Below, piece after piece: positions 44,793-58,872 of a stretch of DNA of 64,000 bases. Location: positions 124,001 through 188,000 of the forward strand of contig JBODTK010000160.1 of assembly GCA_050613775.1 (NCBI GenBank), in the 5' to 3' direction. The notes beneath the pieces were generated by a model. The model saw only the letters and a list, made by a program, of their open reading frames with translations, ran no database searches and was not told where the DNA came from. Source of the DNA: Neocallimastix sp. 'constans' (Eukaryota). Position numbers and translations under genes: made by a program. Position 1 is the stretch's first letter. The number at the start of each line of letters is the position of its first letter.

Positions 44793-45632
44793 TTAAAAGA
44801 AGGAATGTATTCCTTGATAGATAAATGGTATATACATTGATAATAATGTTAAACGTTCCCATAAACCTTCATAAGAGAACATTGTGTCCTTAAATTTATC
44901 TTTTTTTCCCATAATAAATATGATAAAAAATATTAAAGCCAGAATAAATGATATTATATTTATAATTCCTTCTAATATATAACTTTGTTTAAATGATATA
45001 ATACCATTAAATAAGGGAAAGAATAAAAGGGTTGTAAAGCCTACGGCAGAACAAGTATTATGAATTTTTGATGCTCGAGTTTCATCATATTCTGACTCAT
45101 TAACACTAAAAAATCCAGCTATTAATCCTGCACCTATGGAAAAACATAAAATAGACAATAATATAAGAATGGAAAGTACCATTGAAATATTTTTTTTACT
45201 GAAAAAAAAGACAAAGGCAGTAAAAGATAAAAAGAATCCTAACCATACCAACCAAATATTATAAATCACTCTAACAGGACTTTCTGGACTACCTAAAACA
45301 CTTAGAGTCATTTTTAAACTATTGTACTTTTTATAGAAGAACTTTAATAACCATGGCAATAAAAATTCACAGATTATGGTCACCAACAAAATTGTATTAA
45401 ATAAAGGATTGGTTATGAATCCATTATTATCTTGTTCTTTTCCTGAAGATAAACTATTAATATTTAAATAATTATTATTATTTTCCTGTTCAAAATAATG
45501 ATTTTCTTCTGAATTTTGATTGTTATAGTTTGAGGCTTCTATTACTTCAGTAATATTATATTCTTTAGAATCATGTTCAATAATTGGTGATTCGTAGGAA
45601 ATATCATCAATATAAATATTTTGGGGTGGCAT
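44793..45632 (-). CDS. Multi-pass membrane protein, DUF998-like, intronless, with an acidic/Asn-rich N-terminal extension
   Basis: 279-aa ORF with ~5 hydrophobic segments; YNSLKMTLSVLGSPESP, SKIHN..SAVGF and GLWERL fit the DUF998 pattern (Y....S.LG, H, GL.[EQ]R). Confidence 0.75.
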   Translation of the reverse strand: MPPQNIYIDDISYESPIIEHDSKEYNITEVIEASNYNNQNSEENHYFEQENNNNYLNINSLSSGKEQDNNGFITNPLFNTILLVTIICEFLLPWLLKFFYKKYNSLKMTLSVLGSPESPVRVIYNIWLVWLGFFLSFTAFVFFFSKKNISMVLSILILLSILCFSIGAGLIAGFFSVNESEYDETRASKIHNTCSAVGFTTLLFFPLFNGIISFKQSYILEGIINIISFILALIFFIIFIMGKKDKFKDTMFSYEGLWERLTLLSMYIPFIYQGIHSFF

Positions 45633-45643
45633 TTTTTTTTCCT

Positions 45644-45682
<39 letters not shown>

Positions 45683-46387
45683 TGCTTGTTTTATTTTTTT
45701 TTGTTTTGTTATTTTATTTTATTTTTTTATTTTATTTTATTTATTTTATTTTATTTATTTTCTTTTCAAATATTCTTTTAATTTATTTATTTTTAATTTT
45801 TTTTTTTTTTTTTATTATATTTCTTTTTACTTTTTTTTTAAATAATAAGTTTAAATATTCTTGTTTGATTTAATTTCAATATTTACATTTTTTTAACAAT
45901 ACTTTTATTATATATTAATATTAATATTAATAATGAAAATATTACTAATGAAAATAATAATAATAGTAAATATACAAAATTTCTTCTTTTTTTCTTTTCA
46001 AGAAAAAAAAAAAATTTATTTGTGAAAATTTAATTCTTTTATACATATAATATTTCTTAATTAAAATAAAGTTTAGAAATTCTGTTTCTATTTATATTTT
46101 TATAATATAATATAATATAGTTTGTATATATGTAAAATAAATTGAAATTAAAAAATTTGGAAAATAATATTCTTTAATTAACTATATATAATAATAATAA
46201 TAAAAAAGGACAATGATTACCAAATAAAGAAAGTTCTTTATATACTTTATTTGATAAATTCAATTATTCAGTAAGCATAGTTCTTTGGTGACTTTAAGAC
46301 TAAATATTAGTTGATTTTTTTTGGCTTTTTTAAAATTTTTTTAATTCTTTTTAATATAATCTATTGTTTTATCTTTTTTTCTTTCTT

Positions 46388-46438
<51 letters not shown>

Positions 46439-46998
46439 TATTATTATTATTATCTATTTCTCTTTTAATAATTTATATGAATTGGTGATATTTAAATAAT
46501 TTTTTTTATTAAGTTCATGTTTAATTTATCCATAAAGATCATCTTGAAATAGTAGCAAGAATAACAATAGAAAATATTGTATAATGATGAATGCTTTGTC
46601 TATAAATTTATGTATTTGAGGAAAATAGAAATAAAATATATAAGAAAAGAATTGATAGATAAAATGAGGAATGTTAAAAAGTCTTGTTCAATAAAACAAA
46701 TTGAATAAAATAAATATAAAAAAATTTAACCAATGTGAATTAATCAATGGACTTTACAAGCAATGAAAAGACAATATTACTATCTATATTTAAAAGGTAA
46801 ATTAATAGAATTTAGTAAAGCAAAAATTTATACAAAACCAATATATGAATTCTTGTAATAAAAATAACTATTTCTTTATATTATTTCATCTTTCTTTTCT
46901 TTATAATATACTAAATTAACAAATTAAATTAATATTTTTTTTTTAAAAAAAATATTATTAAAATAATTTAATAATAATAAATAATAAATAATAAATAA

Positions 46999-47041
<43 letters not shown>

Positions 47042-48713
47042 TAATAATAATATCTATAACAACAACAACAACAACAACAATAATAGCAATAATATTAATA
47101 ATAATTATCATATAGGGTGAATTTATTGTAGTAACTCAGACCTACTTGCAAAACTCTTATGAAATTTTTATCGATCTTATACAATGCTTATGTGATATTG
47201 TTGGTGTATTTAATATGTTTTCTAATACTGTATTTAATTAGTTGAAGGCACTATTATAATAATTATTGGTATCATATCAAAGTAATAGCTACTTTTTTAA
47301 TATAACTGCTTTTTTATATATATAGATAAATATTATTAAATATAAAATATAATAGCAAAAAAAATTTTCTTCTTATATTAGAGCTTTAGTAAAAATACTT
47401 CTGGCATTTGGAAAATCATTTTTATATATATTAATTCTTGAATAATTTATCAAAATTACACTTGGAAATCAATTGAAAATATTACAATTATATGTAAATT
47501 TTATATTTATATACATGAATATTAATAATATATACTCTTATTATAAATATTTCAAATGATAATAAAACAATGTATAGTTTAAGCTGGATTTCTAATTAAA
47601 TTTTAAAAAAAGAATAATAAAATATTTAATTATCATATTTATAAGAACTTTAACGTTATAATAGTTCTTCTATTCTTATAAATAGTATAATATAAATGTC
47701 AGTAATTTCTACAACACAAACAAATTATTCAATAATTTTACCTTTTTTTTAAATTTACTTTTTAAATTCATTTTTTCTGCTACACAATTGTACTATACCA
47801 TTTAATACTAATTTTATATATATACATATATATATATTATAAACATTATAATTAAAAGGAATTTCCAATTATATATATATTTTTTTAATAAAGAATTTTA
47901 ATTACTTTATAATTTGAATTAAATATTTATTAATAATTATATTTTAATATTTCATAAATTTGTATCATAGTATCTACTTGGAATAATGTTTTGATAAATT
48001 AAAAATATTATATTTAATTGATAATATCTGTCATGAAATCCTTTCATATTCATTTTAAATATAAAATATATATCCTTTTTTTTATAATTACATTTTTTGT
48101 TGATTTTCATCTTTCAACTCAATTAAAAGTAATGTCATTTTTTATTTTATTTTATACTTCTGAAACTTTAATAAGTAATTTCATTGTTAAATTTTGGATA
48201 ATCCCAAAAGATTTTATTATTTTATTCTTTATTAAATGTTTTTATATTATTATTAATGTAATAAATAAATAGATTTATAATATACATTTTAAATTTTTAA
48301 AAATTTATATAATACAATAATGTAAATACATTAATATTATTATAGTTTTATTTTTATTATTTATAAACTTTGAAATTTTTTTTGATACAAAATACATATA
48401 TATAATACTTATTAAAAAATTAATTAAGCCACAAATAACAATAAAATTTTATTATATATAATATATAAGGACAGACATTGTATTTTATATGGCTAAAATG
48501 GAAATTAACCTCTTAATGTATTTTTTTTTATATACTATACAATTTTAAAATATATTGATTGTATTAATAGAATATATTATTTTTATATTAATCCGATATT
48601 ATAAATAATAATTTATGTTAATATTGTTGTTAAATATTTCTATAAAAATATAAAAGTATATATATTATGAAAAATGTTTAGAAATATAAATAAATTTTAT
48701 ATAAAGGAAAAAA

Positions 48714-48747
<34 letters not shown>

Positions 48748-49435
48748 CTATATTATTCCATTAATATTTAATAAATATATAAATATTTACATAAAAATAT
48801 TTTTGAAGATATTTTTAATTTTATTTTTAAATATTTATATTTTATATTTTTATTATTGATAAAAAAAATGCTTATTTTTATGATATATTATTAATTTTTA
48901 TATTATGCAGAAAAAAAAAAACTTTATTCTATAAGAAAAATCTACTAATGCTTATTCTTTTTTTTTTTTTTTCATAAAAAAAAAAAAGACTGATTTTACA
49001 TTTCAAATAGAAATAAAATAAAAAAAAAAAAATATAATTATTAAAAGTAAATCAATATTTATATATATTGGTTAATTATAATAATATAATTTATAAATTA
49101 TATATATCATCATTTATTAATATATCATATATATATTTAATATATAATTGAATATATTAATTTTTAATAAATGATATTTTTAAAGCTTTCTTATACATCT
49201 TTAAAATTAATAATTTGCAATGTATGGATTACCATACCCTGATTGGGTTAAGTATTAACTTTTAAAACTAATTGGATTATTTTTGATTTTAATATATTAT
49301 TAATATATATTACAATACATTAAGAATATGTTTCCAAAATTCAAACAAAAAAGTATATATAAACCTAACATTATCCTTTTTTTTACGTTCTTTGCTATAT
49401 TATTATATAATTTATTAATAAAATAGAATTAAAAA

Positions 49436-51364
49436 ATGGTTTACAAAGTCGGTTAGTATTAGGAATATGATAAAAACCAAATTTAAAATAATTATGTATT
49501 TGGAATGATAAATTTGATTGCTCAATGGCAAAAAGAGTTATATAAGAATAGTAATTTAAATTAAAATATATAACAAGCTATAATAGAATTGTTGAAATAA
49601 ATTATAAAAAAAAAAGGAAAAAAAAAAAAAAGGAAAAATAAAAGATGAATATAATTAGAAAATGCTATTAAAGAGAGTTAAAAGGATTATAAGAATTTGA
49701 AAATGAAGTTTAATTATTTCTTAAATAGTTAATCATATAATTATTTCTTAAATAGTTAATCATATAATTTTTTCTTAAATAGTTAATCATATAATTATTT
49801 AATAAATAAAAAAAAAAAAAAATAAAAAAAACGTTAGGGATTAATAAATTAATTATTTATTAATCAGAATAATAATATAAATATATTTTTTTTTTAAATT
49901 ATTTATTAATTTTTATAAAAAAAATAAGAATTGTTGGGCATAATCAATAAACTTATTAGTTGATAATCTACATTTATTATATGGTTTATATATTATTTCT
50001 AATTATTTTTTAAAATTTTTAATTATTATAAATATTTTATTATAAATTATATTATGGAATAATATATTTATAAATTAATAATTATAGCTGATATCAATCT
50101 TGCCGATTTCGGTCGTAAGGAACTTGACATTGCTGAAAATGAAATGCCAGGTCTCATGACTCTTCGTAAGAAGTACGGTCCATCTCAACCACTTAAGGGT
50201 GCTCGTATTTGCGGTTGTCTTCACATGACTATCCAAACTGCTATGCTTATTGAAACTCTTACTGCTCTTGGTGCTGAAGTTGCCTGGAGTTCATGTAACA
50301 TTTTCTCTACTCAAGATCATGCTGCTGCTGCTATTGCTGCTACTGGTGTTCCAGTTTTCGCTTGGAAGGGTGAAACTGATGAAGAATACATCTGGTGTAT
50401 TGAACAAACTTTATACGCCTTCAAGGACAACAAGCCATTAAATATGATCCTTGATGATGGTGGTGATCTTACTGCTCTTGTTCATGAAAAGCACCCAGAA
50501 CTTCTTGCTGGTATTAACGGTATCTCCGAAGAAACTACTACTGGTGTTCACAAGTTATACAGAATGTTCAAGGATGGTAAGCTTAAGGTTCCAGCCATTA
50601 ACGTTAACGATTCCGTTACTAAGAGTAAGTTCGATAACTTATATGGTTGTCGTGAATCTTTAATTGATGGTATTAAGCGTGCTACTGATGTTATGATCGC
50701 TGGTAAGATCTGTGTCGTTGCCGGTTACGGTGATGTTGGTAAGGGTTGTGCTGCTGCTCTCAGAGGTATGGGTGCTCGTGTCCTTATCACTGAAGTTGAT
50801 CCAATTAATGCTCTTCAAGCCGCTATGGAAGGTTATGAAGTTACCACTATGGAAGAAGCTTCCCACCAAGGTAACATTTTCGTTACTACCACTGGTGATT
50901 GTCAAATTATCACTGGTGCTCACTTCCCAAACATGAAGGATGATGCTATTGTCTGTAACATTGGTCACTTCGATTGTGAAATTGATGTTGCCTGGTTAAA
51001 GGCTAATGCTGTTAGCGTTATTAACGTTAAGCCACAAGTTGATCGTTACACTTTATCTAACGGTCACAGAATTATTCTTCTTGCTGAAGGTCGTCTTGTT
51101 AACCTTGGTTGTGCCACTGGTCACCCATCTTTCGTTATGTCTAACTCCTTCACTAACCAAGTTCTTGCTCAAATTGCTCTCTGGACTGATATCAAGAGCT
51201 ACCCACTTGGTGTTCACATGCTTCCAAAGAAGTTAGATGAAGAAGTTGCTGCTGCTCACTTAGAAAAGTTAGGTGTTAAGCTTACTAAGCTTACTCAACA
51301 ACAAAGTGAATATCTTGGTGTTCCAATTGAAGGTCCATTCAAGCCAGATCACTACCGTTACTAG
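49436..51364 (+). CDS. SAH1: Adenosylhomocysteinase (SAH hydrolase), 2 exons, ~430 aa
   Basis: Exon 1 49436-49451 (MVYKV) plus exon 2 50088-51364 ([23 protein letters not shown]...); [37 protein letters not shown]; strong codon bias. Confidence 0.98.
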
Positions 51365-51985
51365 GTTTCTTATTTTATTTTTATCATTGAATGATTCTAT
51401 TTCTATCATAGTTTTTTTCTTTTGTTTTATATCATAAAAAAAATTTTTTTATGAAAGAAAAATAAAGGAAATGAATTATGTTAATACTATTTTTTAAAAG
51501 AAAGAATAATCTTTTTAAAAAGGAAGAATATATATAAATATAAATAATAAATCATATAATAATAAATTATAAAATCTATTCGATAAAGAAGAAGCAAAAG
51601 TAATAATAATGATAATAACAAAAAAAGAATGAATAACAAGAGAAAAATTTCTGAAAAGAAAAAAAAAGAAAATATCCAATGTGATTTTTATATATATAAA
51701 TTGTAAAAAAAAAAAAAAAAAAAAAGAAATTGTATAAAAAAATCACTTTAGTAACAAATAATTAAATTAAATTGCGAAATAAAATACAATCAAATAAAAA
51801 TAAACAATAAAAAACATTTTTTTTCATTATTGTACTTTAAATAATATATGTTATTTTTATAAAAGTTTGTTTTTGTTTTTATTGTTTTGTGTGATTTATG
51901 TAATTATGTAATTATTGGGAATTAATATTTAATTAATACTTTTATTTTTAAGTTTATATAATCGATCTTTTGTTATTAGTAAAGT

Positions 51986-52063
51986 CGCATAGTACAACTT
52001 TTCCCCTACATGTATTTTTTATAATAAAATAAATAAAGTTATGGAAGTGTATTCTCTTCCCTG

Positions 52064-52097
<34 letters not shown>

Positions 52098-52109
52098 TTC
52101 TCTTCCTTG

Positions 52110-52141
<32 letters not shown>
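51986..52141 (+). mobile_element. Very short 3'-end-only LINE insertion with a doubled terminal motif and poly(A)
   Basis: cgcatagtacaactt..cctacatgtatttt..ggaagtgtattctcttccctgtct(A)n then gtattctcttccttgtct(A)n; matches parts of 54434-54621. Confidence 0.8.
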
Positions 52142-52147
<6 letters not shown>

Positions 52148-52214
52148 ATTATTTATTATTCGTCTTTACTTGGTTCAAAAAAATCTAGAACGGTTAGAAT
52201 TCAAACATTAATAT

Positions 52215-54588
52215 GCTGCTGGAAAGTGTCTTAAATTGATTTTTAATAAAATATGGAATGGGTCTTTTCCTAAAAAATGGAACTCAGCTTCTATTGTATC
52301 AATCCCTAAGAAAGGTGACCTATCAGATTGTAGTAATTATCGAGGTATTTCTCTCATTAATGTTGGACTGAAAATCATTTCAAAAATTATAACAGATAGA
52401 ATATCTTCTTACGCACTCTCACACAATTTCATTAGACCTGAACAATTTGGCTTTCGCAACCGTGAAGAATGCATTAGTTTATTCATTTCCGTTAGAGAAA
52501 TATGCCAAAGAAGAAAATTTCAAGGAAAATTCACATATTTAGCCTTTTTAGATCTTAAAAAAGCTTATGATTCAGTTCCTATTTTTAACATTCTTACTAA
52601 ATTATATCATTATGGCGTACGTGGTAAATGTTTTGATTTTCTTTGTAATTTATATACTTCATCTAAAGCTCGTGCTCGATTTGCTTCAATGTTATCAAAT
52701 GAATTTCCTATTAAAAGAGGTGTTCGTCAAGGTTGTCCATTATCTCCGATCTTATTCAATTTATTCATCAATGATATATTAAATGACTGTGAAAAGTTTG
52801 GTGTTAATATTGGAAGAAAAAAGTGTTGTGGTGGACTCTTTGCTGATGATGTTGTTCTAATTGCTCCAAGTGCAAAAAATTTAGAAAAATTACTAAAAAA
52901 GATACATAGATGGGCTAATTTAAATGAAATGACTTTTGGTATTGAAAAATGTGCAACTATGGTTATAAAACCAATGAACTTCCAATCTCCTCCAAACTAT
53001 AGTGACCCAACCTTCTATTTAGGAATGAATGCTATTCCTAAAGTTTCTAGTTATATTTATCTTGGTATTCCTTTTTCTGATGATCTCTTACTAGAACACA
53101 TTATATCTCACATGCATTTTAAAGTTAGAAAATCCCTTCTTTCATTTACACATTTCTTCTCAAATAAACTTATCCCTATTGCATACAAGAAAAAAGTTCT
53201 TCAATCCTTTGTTATTAGTAAAGTAATTTATTATTCTCCTTTACTTGGTTCAAACAAATCCAGAACGGCCAGAATTCAAACATTAATTAATACTGGTCTA
53301 TTTTGGTGTATCGGCTCCTTCTCTAAAAATGGTAAAACAAGTTCAGAAGACAATGACTATATTAGACATAATTCTACTATGAGTACTTATGCTTTATCTC
53401 GAGATCTAAGCATTCCTCCTATTGCTGGTGTCTGCGCAGCCTTACAGATTAAATCATTTGCAAAATGGAGTAAATCAAACTGTATTATAAAGGATCTTAT
53501 TAAATCTATTCCCAAAATGCATCATTATTCCTGGACTAAAGAATCTAGAACACTGTATAAAAAAATCAAAAAATATAAATGTGAAAAATATGACGATATT
53601 TTAGAACGTTACTGGAAATCAGTTGCCAAATTTCAAGGTATTAAAGGTCAAAATTACGATCGTAATAAGTTCTCAAACAATAAAGCTATAATTATGCTTA
53701 GTTTAAAATATCCCCAATTCAACTTAGGGTTTTCGTGGATTATACGTTTACGCTGTGGTTATAAATACAATACTACTATTGCTATTAGAATGGGTAGAGT
53801 TTCAGAAGATTGTCCCAAGTATTGCCCCTGTTGTGGCGAAGATAAACAATCTTTTGAACATTGGATTTTTAAATGCGATGCTCTTGCATCTTTTAGATGG
53901 AATTCTTTAAATTTCATCGATGATCTCTATGTTTTATTCCTTAGGAAGATTAGAGCGTTTAATCCTCTTTCTTCCTATGACTCTATTTCTAATTTTGAAG
54001 ATTATATCAATCATTATATATACTTGTTCCTTCTTGGTGGGACTTTAGTTTTAAATGAGCTACATTTCGATAGTGGGGAACAGAGACAATTAAATGAACT
54101 ACTTTTCAAAGGTTCATCTGAGTCACCTGTTCCAAAAATTGTGGGCTTGGCGGAATTCTTAACAAGTGCAATACCTATCATTAGTAGTTCGTTTGAGCTA
54201 TTATTTGATAGGTATTGCAAAATACCAAACTTATCCAAGAGCGTCGACGTCGTACTGATAAGGCATAATGATAATACAGGATCGTCATCTATTGCTACGA
54301 AGGATGAATCTCTCCCTAGTAGTTCAATAAATGATGAGTCCGGGGAGAGTTTAGTGGACACCACACTATCTATTTTAAAGATGTTACTTCTAGGTTTTAT
54401 TTCTTTTTTATTTGATAGGAAGGGAAAAATTCCCGCATAGTACAACTTGCCGAAATACATAGTATTTTCGAGCTTTTTTATTTTTTTATTTTTTATTTTT
54501 TTATTTTTAATTTCAAATGTACTTTTCACCTACATGTATTTTTTAAAATAAAATTTAATAAAGTTTTGGAAGTGTATTCTCTTCCCTG

Positions 54589-54621
<33 letters not shown>
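52215..54621 (+). mobile_element. Young 5'-truncated non-LTR retrotransposon (LINE)
   Basis: 17-bp TSD AATTCAAACATTAATAT (52198-52214, 54622-54638); poly(A) tail; uninterrupted RT ORF. Confidence 0.95.
52236..54440 (+). pseudogene. LINE ORF2, 5'-truncated: reverse transcriptase plus C-terminal CCHC knuckle; endonuclease absent
   Basis: PKKGD...NYRGISL, EQFGFR, DLKKAYD, GVRQGCPLSPILF, LFADD, YLG, CPCCGEDKQSFEHWIFKC; no ATG at the ORF start. Confidence 0.92.
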
Positions 54622-54625
<4 letters not shown>

Positions 54626-55385
54626 CAAACATTAATATTGGTCTATTGTGGTGTATCGGTTCCTTCTCTAAAAATGGTAAAACAAATTCAGAAAACAGCG
54701 ACTATATTAGACATTATTCTTCCTCTTTCTTCCTATGACTCTATTTCTAATTTTGAAGATTATATCAATCATTATATATACTTGTTCCTTCTTGGTGGGA
54801 CTTTAGTTTTAAATGAACTACATTTCGATAGTGGGGAACAGAGACAATTAAATGAACTACTTTTCAAAGGTTCATCTGAGTCACCTGTTCCAAAAATTGT
54901 GGGCTTGGCGGAATTCTTAACAAGGGCAATACCTATCATTAAGTAGTTTGTTTGAACTATTATTTGATAGGTATTCCAAAATACCAAACATAACCAAGAG
55001 CGTCGACGTTGTACTGATAAGGTATAATGATAATACAGGATCTTCATCTATTTCTACGAAGGGTGAATCTTGCCCTAGTAGTTCAATAAATGATGAATCC
55101 GGGGAGAGTTTAGTGGACACCACATTATCTATTTTAAAGATGTTACTTCTAGGTTTTATTATTTTTTTTTTATTTGTTAGGAAGGGAAAAATTTCCACAT
55201 AGTACAACTTGCCGAAATACATAGTATTATTGAGTTTTTTTATTTATTTTATTTTTTTTTTTTTTATTAACTTTTATTTTTATTTTTAATTTCAAATCTT
55301 GTAAACGATTTCTAAAAGCATAAAAACGAAGAAATCTTTTATCATAACTGTATGGAATACAAAATAATTTATCTATCAACATCTT

Positions 55386-55420
<35 letters not shown>

Positions 55421-56962
55421 GATTATATTTTGAAACGAAGAAAAGATTTTATTATGAAAAACTTTTCTATATTTAAATGATTTCAGCTACCTTCATATTT
55501 ATTATTTATAATATCTTCAATTATAAAAAAAATATAAATTTATTTTATAATAACATAATGAATAATATACAATATAAGTATTAATTATTTCTACACTAAT
55601 TTAATAAGATATTTCACTATCATCTATTCTTTTGAATAAATTATAGATATTGTTAATGATAATAGATAGTTGGTTATGATAAATTTTTTTTTTCAATAAA
55701 ATTTAAAATAAATAATTGATTTCATTATTTAATCATATTTATATAGAAAGAGATAACAAAATTTCTACATTTTCAGTTTTAACTTTATCTATTATTTCAT
55801 ATAACTTATTTTTTACTTATGCAATTGAACAAACAAACAAACAAACAAACAAACAAAAAAGTATATGTCAGAGGAGTTGTTGAATATTATTTCACAATTT
55901 CCGGTTACCCTAAGGTTTTAAGCTATATAAATCTAATGATGAATGATTTATTTCTTTTTAATTTTTCATTAACAATATTTAAAATATTATTTGTTAATGC
56001 GCAATTTTTTTTTTTTTTCATTACGAACATATTCTTTTAAATTTATCACTTCTTTAAAATTTGTATTTAAAATATCATCATATCATCATATAAATAATTA
56101 TTCAATTTTTTATAATATTTATTAAAGTATAATATTTTTAAAATATTTAAATAGATTATATATTCTTTACTTAAACTATTTACTTTCAGTAACTCAAAGA
56201 GTAGGTTGAAATAAAACTTCAAAAATATAAAAATGATTTGAAATAGCTACGTTCATAAACTCATACTATGAAATTTTGAATTTTCAAATAAATGACAATT
56301 TTTACTCATAATAAATATTCTATATACACATAATAATTTTATTAAAGTAGTATATTGATTTGTTATAATTAATTTATATTATATTAAATCTACAAATCTT
56401 AGTTTTATTAAACTTATAAAAAAAAAAATAAAAAAGAGATACTAATAAAATCAATCTTTTCTATATTACTCGTTTTATTTAAGGTATCTATGATAGTAGC
56501 AACTTCAATATAATTTTTTTTTTTCAAAGTTTAAAATATTGTTTTTTAAGGAATTCTTAAATATATTTTCTATTCAAATTAAATAACCCATGTAATATAT
56601 ATATATATCATCATCTTTTTATCTTCTATTCTCGTCACGATGCTTTAAATAATATGAAGGAGTTTTTTTGCTTGTTTATTTTTTTTTTAATAATTCTATT
56701 GTTTAATATTATATTATTAAAAAATAAAAGAAGATGCCATGAATATTAAGGAAATATATTCTTTAAATTCTGAATCGAAATAATAATCATTACTTTTAAA
56801 CAATATTTTGTTTTAGTTTTCTGTTTAAATAATCATCTGATACTTTATTTTTTCTAAAATAAATTTCATTTCTTTTATTTAAAATCAATTTTTTTCAATA
56901 TCAAGGTTCAAAAGGGTATAATAATGGGCACCATCATTTAAATATCAACATTTACTTTTTTT

Positions 56963-56999
<37 letters not shown>

Positions 57000-58096
57000 A
57001 TTTATATTTTTTATTTTTTATTTTGTTTTGTTATATTAAGTTTCGATGTATAAAAATTGTGTAACCAATCTTAAAAACATAATACTATAGTTATTATGAT
57101 TAATACTATTAATAATAAAATATATGAATATCAAATAATAATAAATATTAAATATTACTATTATTAATTCTAATAGGAATAAAACAAATCAAAATTATTG
57201 AATAATGGTTACAAAAATTTTTACTGAAATTATAGATTATTTATTTATTTGTACATTTATTAAATATATCATCAAATACTACACTAAAAATAAAAATAAA
57301 AAAAAAAAAAAAAATTAAATATTTTTTATATTTAATATATTACAATATAATTTATATATATAAATATATATATATATTTTTTTTTTAAAACTCCGATATC
57401 AATATAATAATTAATTAGTTTAATTTTAATTTTTTTTTTTTTTTTTTTTTTTTTGTTTTTCTTAATCTTCTTTTTTTTTTTTTTATTTCATTTAATTTAC
57501 TATTAATTAGTTAAAGTAAAGTTGATTATAAAAAATTAAATATATATATATTAATAATATAATTATTTTTTTTTTTTTAAAAAAAAAATTATTTATTTAT
57601 TATATAATATAAATCATATAATTCTTTATGATTAATAGAGTTTACCATAGAAAAATAAAGCAATAAATTTATTATTTAGTTATATAATTAAATAGTATTA
57701 TATTATCTATAATAATAATAAATTATAAAATATAAATATAAATATATATATTTTATATTTTATAAAAAAAAAACAATTTCAAAATTTTTAAAATAGTTAA
57801 ACTTTATTTTTTATAGTTTTCGAAATGAAAAAAATTTATAATTTTTATTTCTTTTATATTATATATATTAAATAAATAAAAATTGTTTATTTTGTTAAAT
57901 TTATTTTTTCTTAAATTAATTTTATTTTTTTTTTTTTTTTTAAGATTTTTTATTATTAAAAATTTATAAATTTTTTTTTAATAGAAATTGTATTTTAATA
58001 AGAAAATTATATATATTAATAAAGGAATAGAAGTAATTATTAAATCATTTAAATTTATTATAAAAAAAATAAATATAAAAAAATAAAGTAATAAAA

Positions 58097-58872
58097 ATGG
58101 ATCAAACAAAAGAAGCTTTCAGAAAGTATTTAGAAAACAATGGTATTATAGATGCTTTAACGAAAGGTATTATTCATTAAATGGATGAAAAAAAAAAAAT
58201 TTTTTTTTTTAAATCTTTTAACGTTTAAATAGTGTAATAATTTTTCTTTTAAATATATTTAATACCATTAATTAAAAAGCTAATTTTATTATAAATCATT
58301 ATTTAATATTTAACTGAAATTAGTTCTTGTCGGTTTATATGAAGAATCTGAAAAACCAGAAAATCCTTTAGAGTTAGTATTTAATTTTTTTTTTTTTTTT
58401 TTTTTATGAATAAAAAAATATTATATTAACTATTAGAGAAAAGAATTTATAAATATTTATTTTTTTTTATAATTGAAATAACTAATTAATAAATAATATT
58501 AATTATAATAAAAATAATAATAATAAAAAAAAGTTTTATAAAGCAGTTTTTAGGAGGACCATCAGAAATTGATATTGAAGCTTTAAAAGCAGAAAATGAT
58601 GAATTAAGAAGGAAAGTAGAAGAATTAGAAGCAGAGTTAGCGCAATATAAACAAGTAAATATAAATAATATTTTTTATTATAAATAATTAGAAAGGCTTA
58701 TGCCAATTAAAGAGAGAATTTCAATTACTAATGTGTTATATATTATAAATATATATTATAATTATAATATTTAATTAAATAAAAATCTATTTTTATTATT
58801 TCTATAATTGTAAAAAAAAAATTATATAAAAAGAATGAAACAGAAGAAAATGAAGTACATGGAGAAGAATAG
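58097..58872 (+). CDS. MYCBP: c-Myc-binding protein (MYCBP/AMY-1/FAP174)-like protein, 4 exons, ~92 aa
   Basis: Exons 58097-58166, 58324-58372, 58534-58654, 58834-58872 give MDQTKEAFRKYLENNGIIDALTKVLVGLYEESEKPENPLDFIKQFLGGPSEIDIEALKAENDELRRKVEELEAELAQYKQNETEENEVHGEE*. Confidence 0.9.

Larger units (their letters stand above)
51965..55296 (+). mobile_element. Older LINE fragment interrupted by insertions of its own family (pieces ~51965-51985, 52142-52214, 54622-55296) with an internal deletion at ~54720
   Basis: The pieces are collinear with 53205-53376 and 53963-54518 of the young copy. Confidence 0.85.

Noticed and set aside
46500..48300. Possible decayed transposon or gene (also ~43430-43640, ~55300-56950, ~60380-61140)
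   Set aside because: The composition looks formerly coding, but I found no convincing motif, terminus or TSD; YFTISGYPKVL at ~55885 is only weakly integrase-like.
50250..51236. Alternative-frame and antisense ORFs within SAH1, fungalysin, pol and the LINE
   Set aside because: They are shadows of codon bias in real coding sequence and have no independent motifs.
54330..54365. Hammerhead ribozyme or box C/D snoRNA (ATGATGA-GTCC...GGAC)
   Set aside because: It lacks the C of CUGANGA and the GAAA after stem II, no box D is evident nearby, and the stem is not kept in the other copies.
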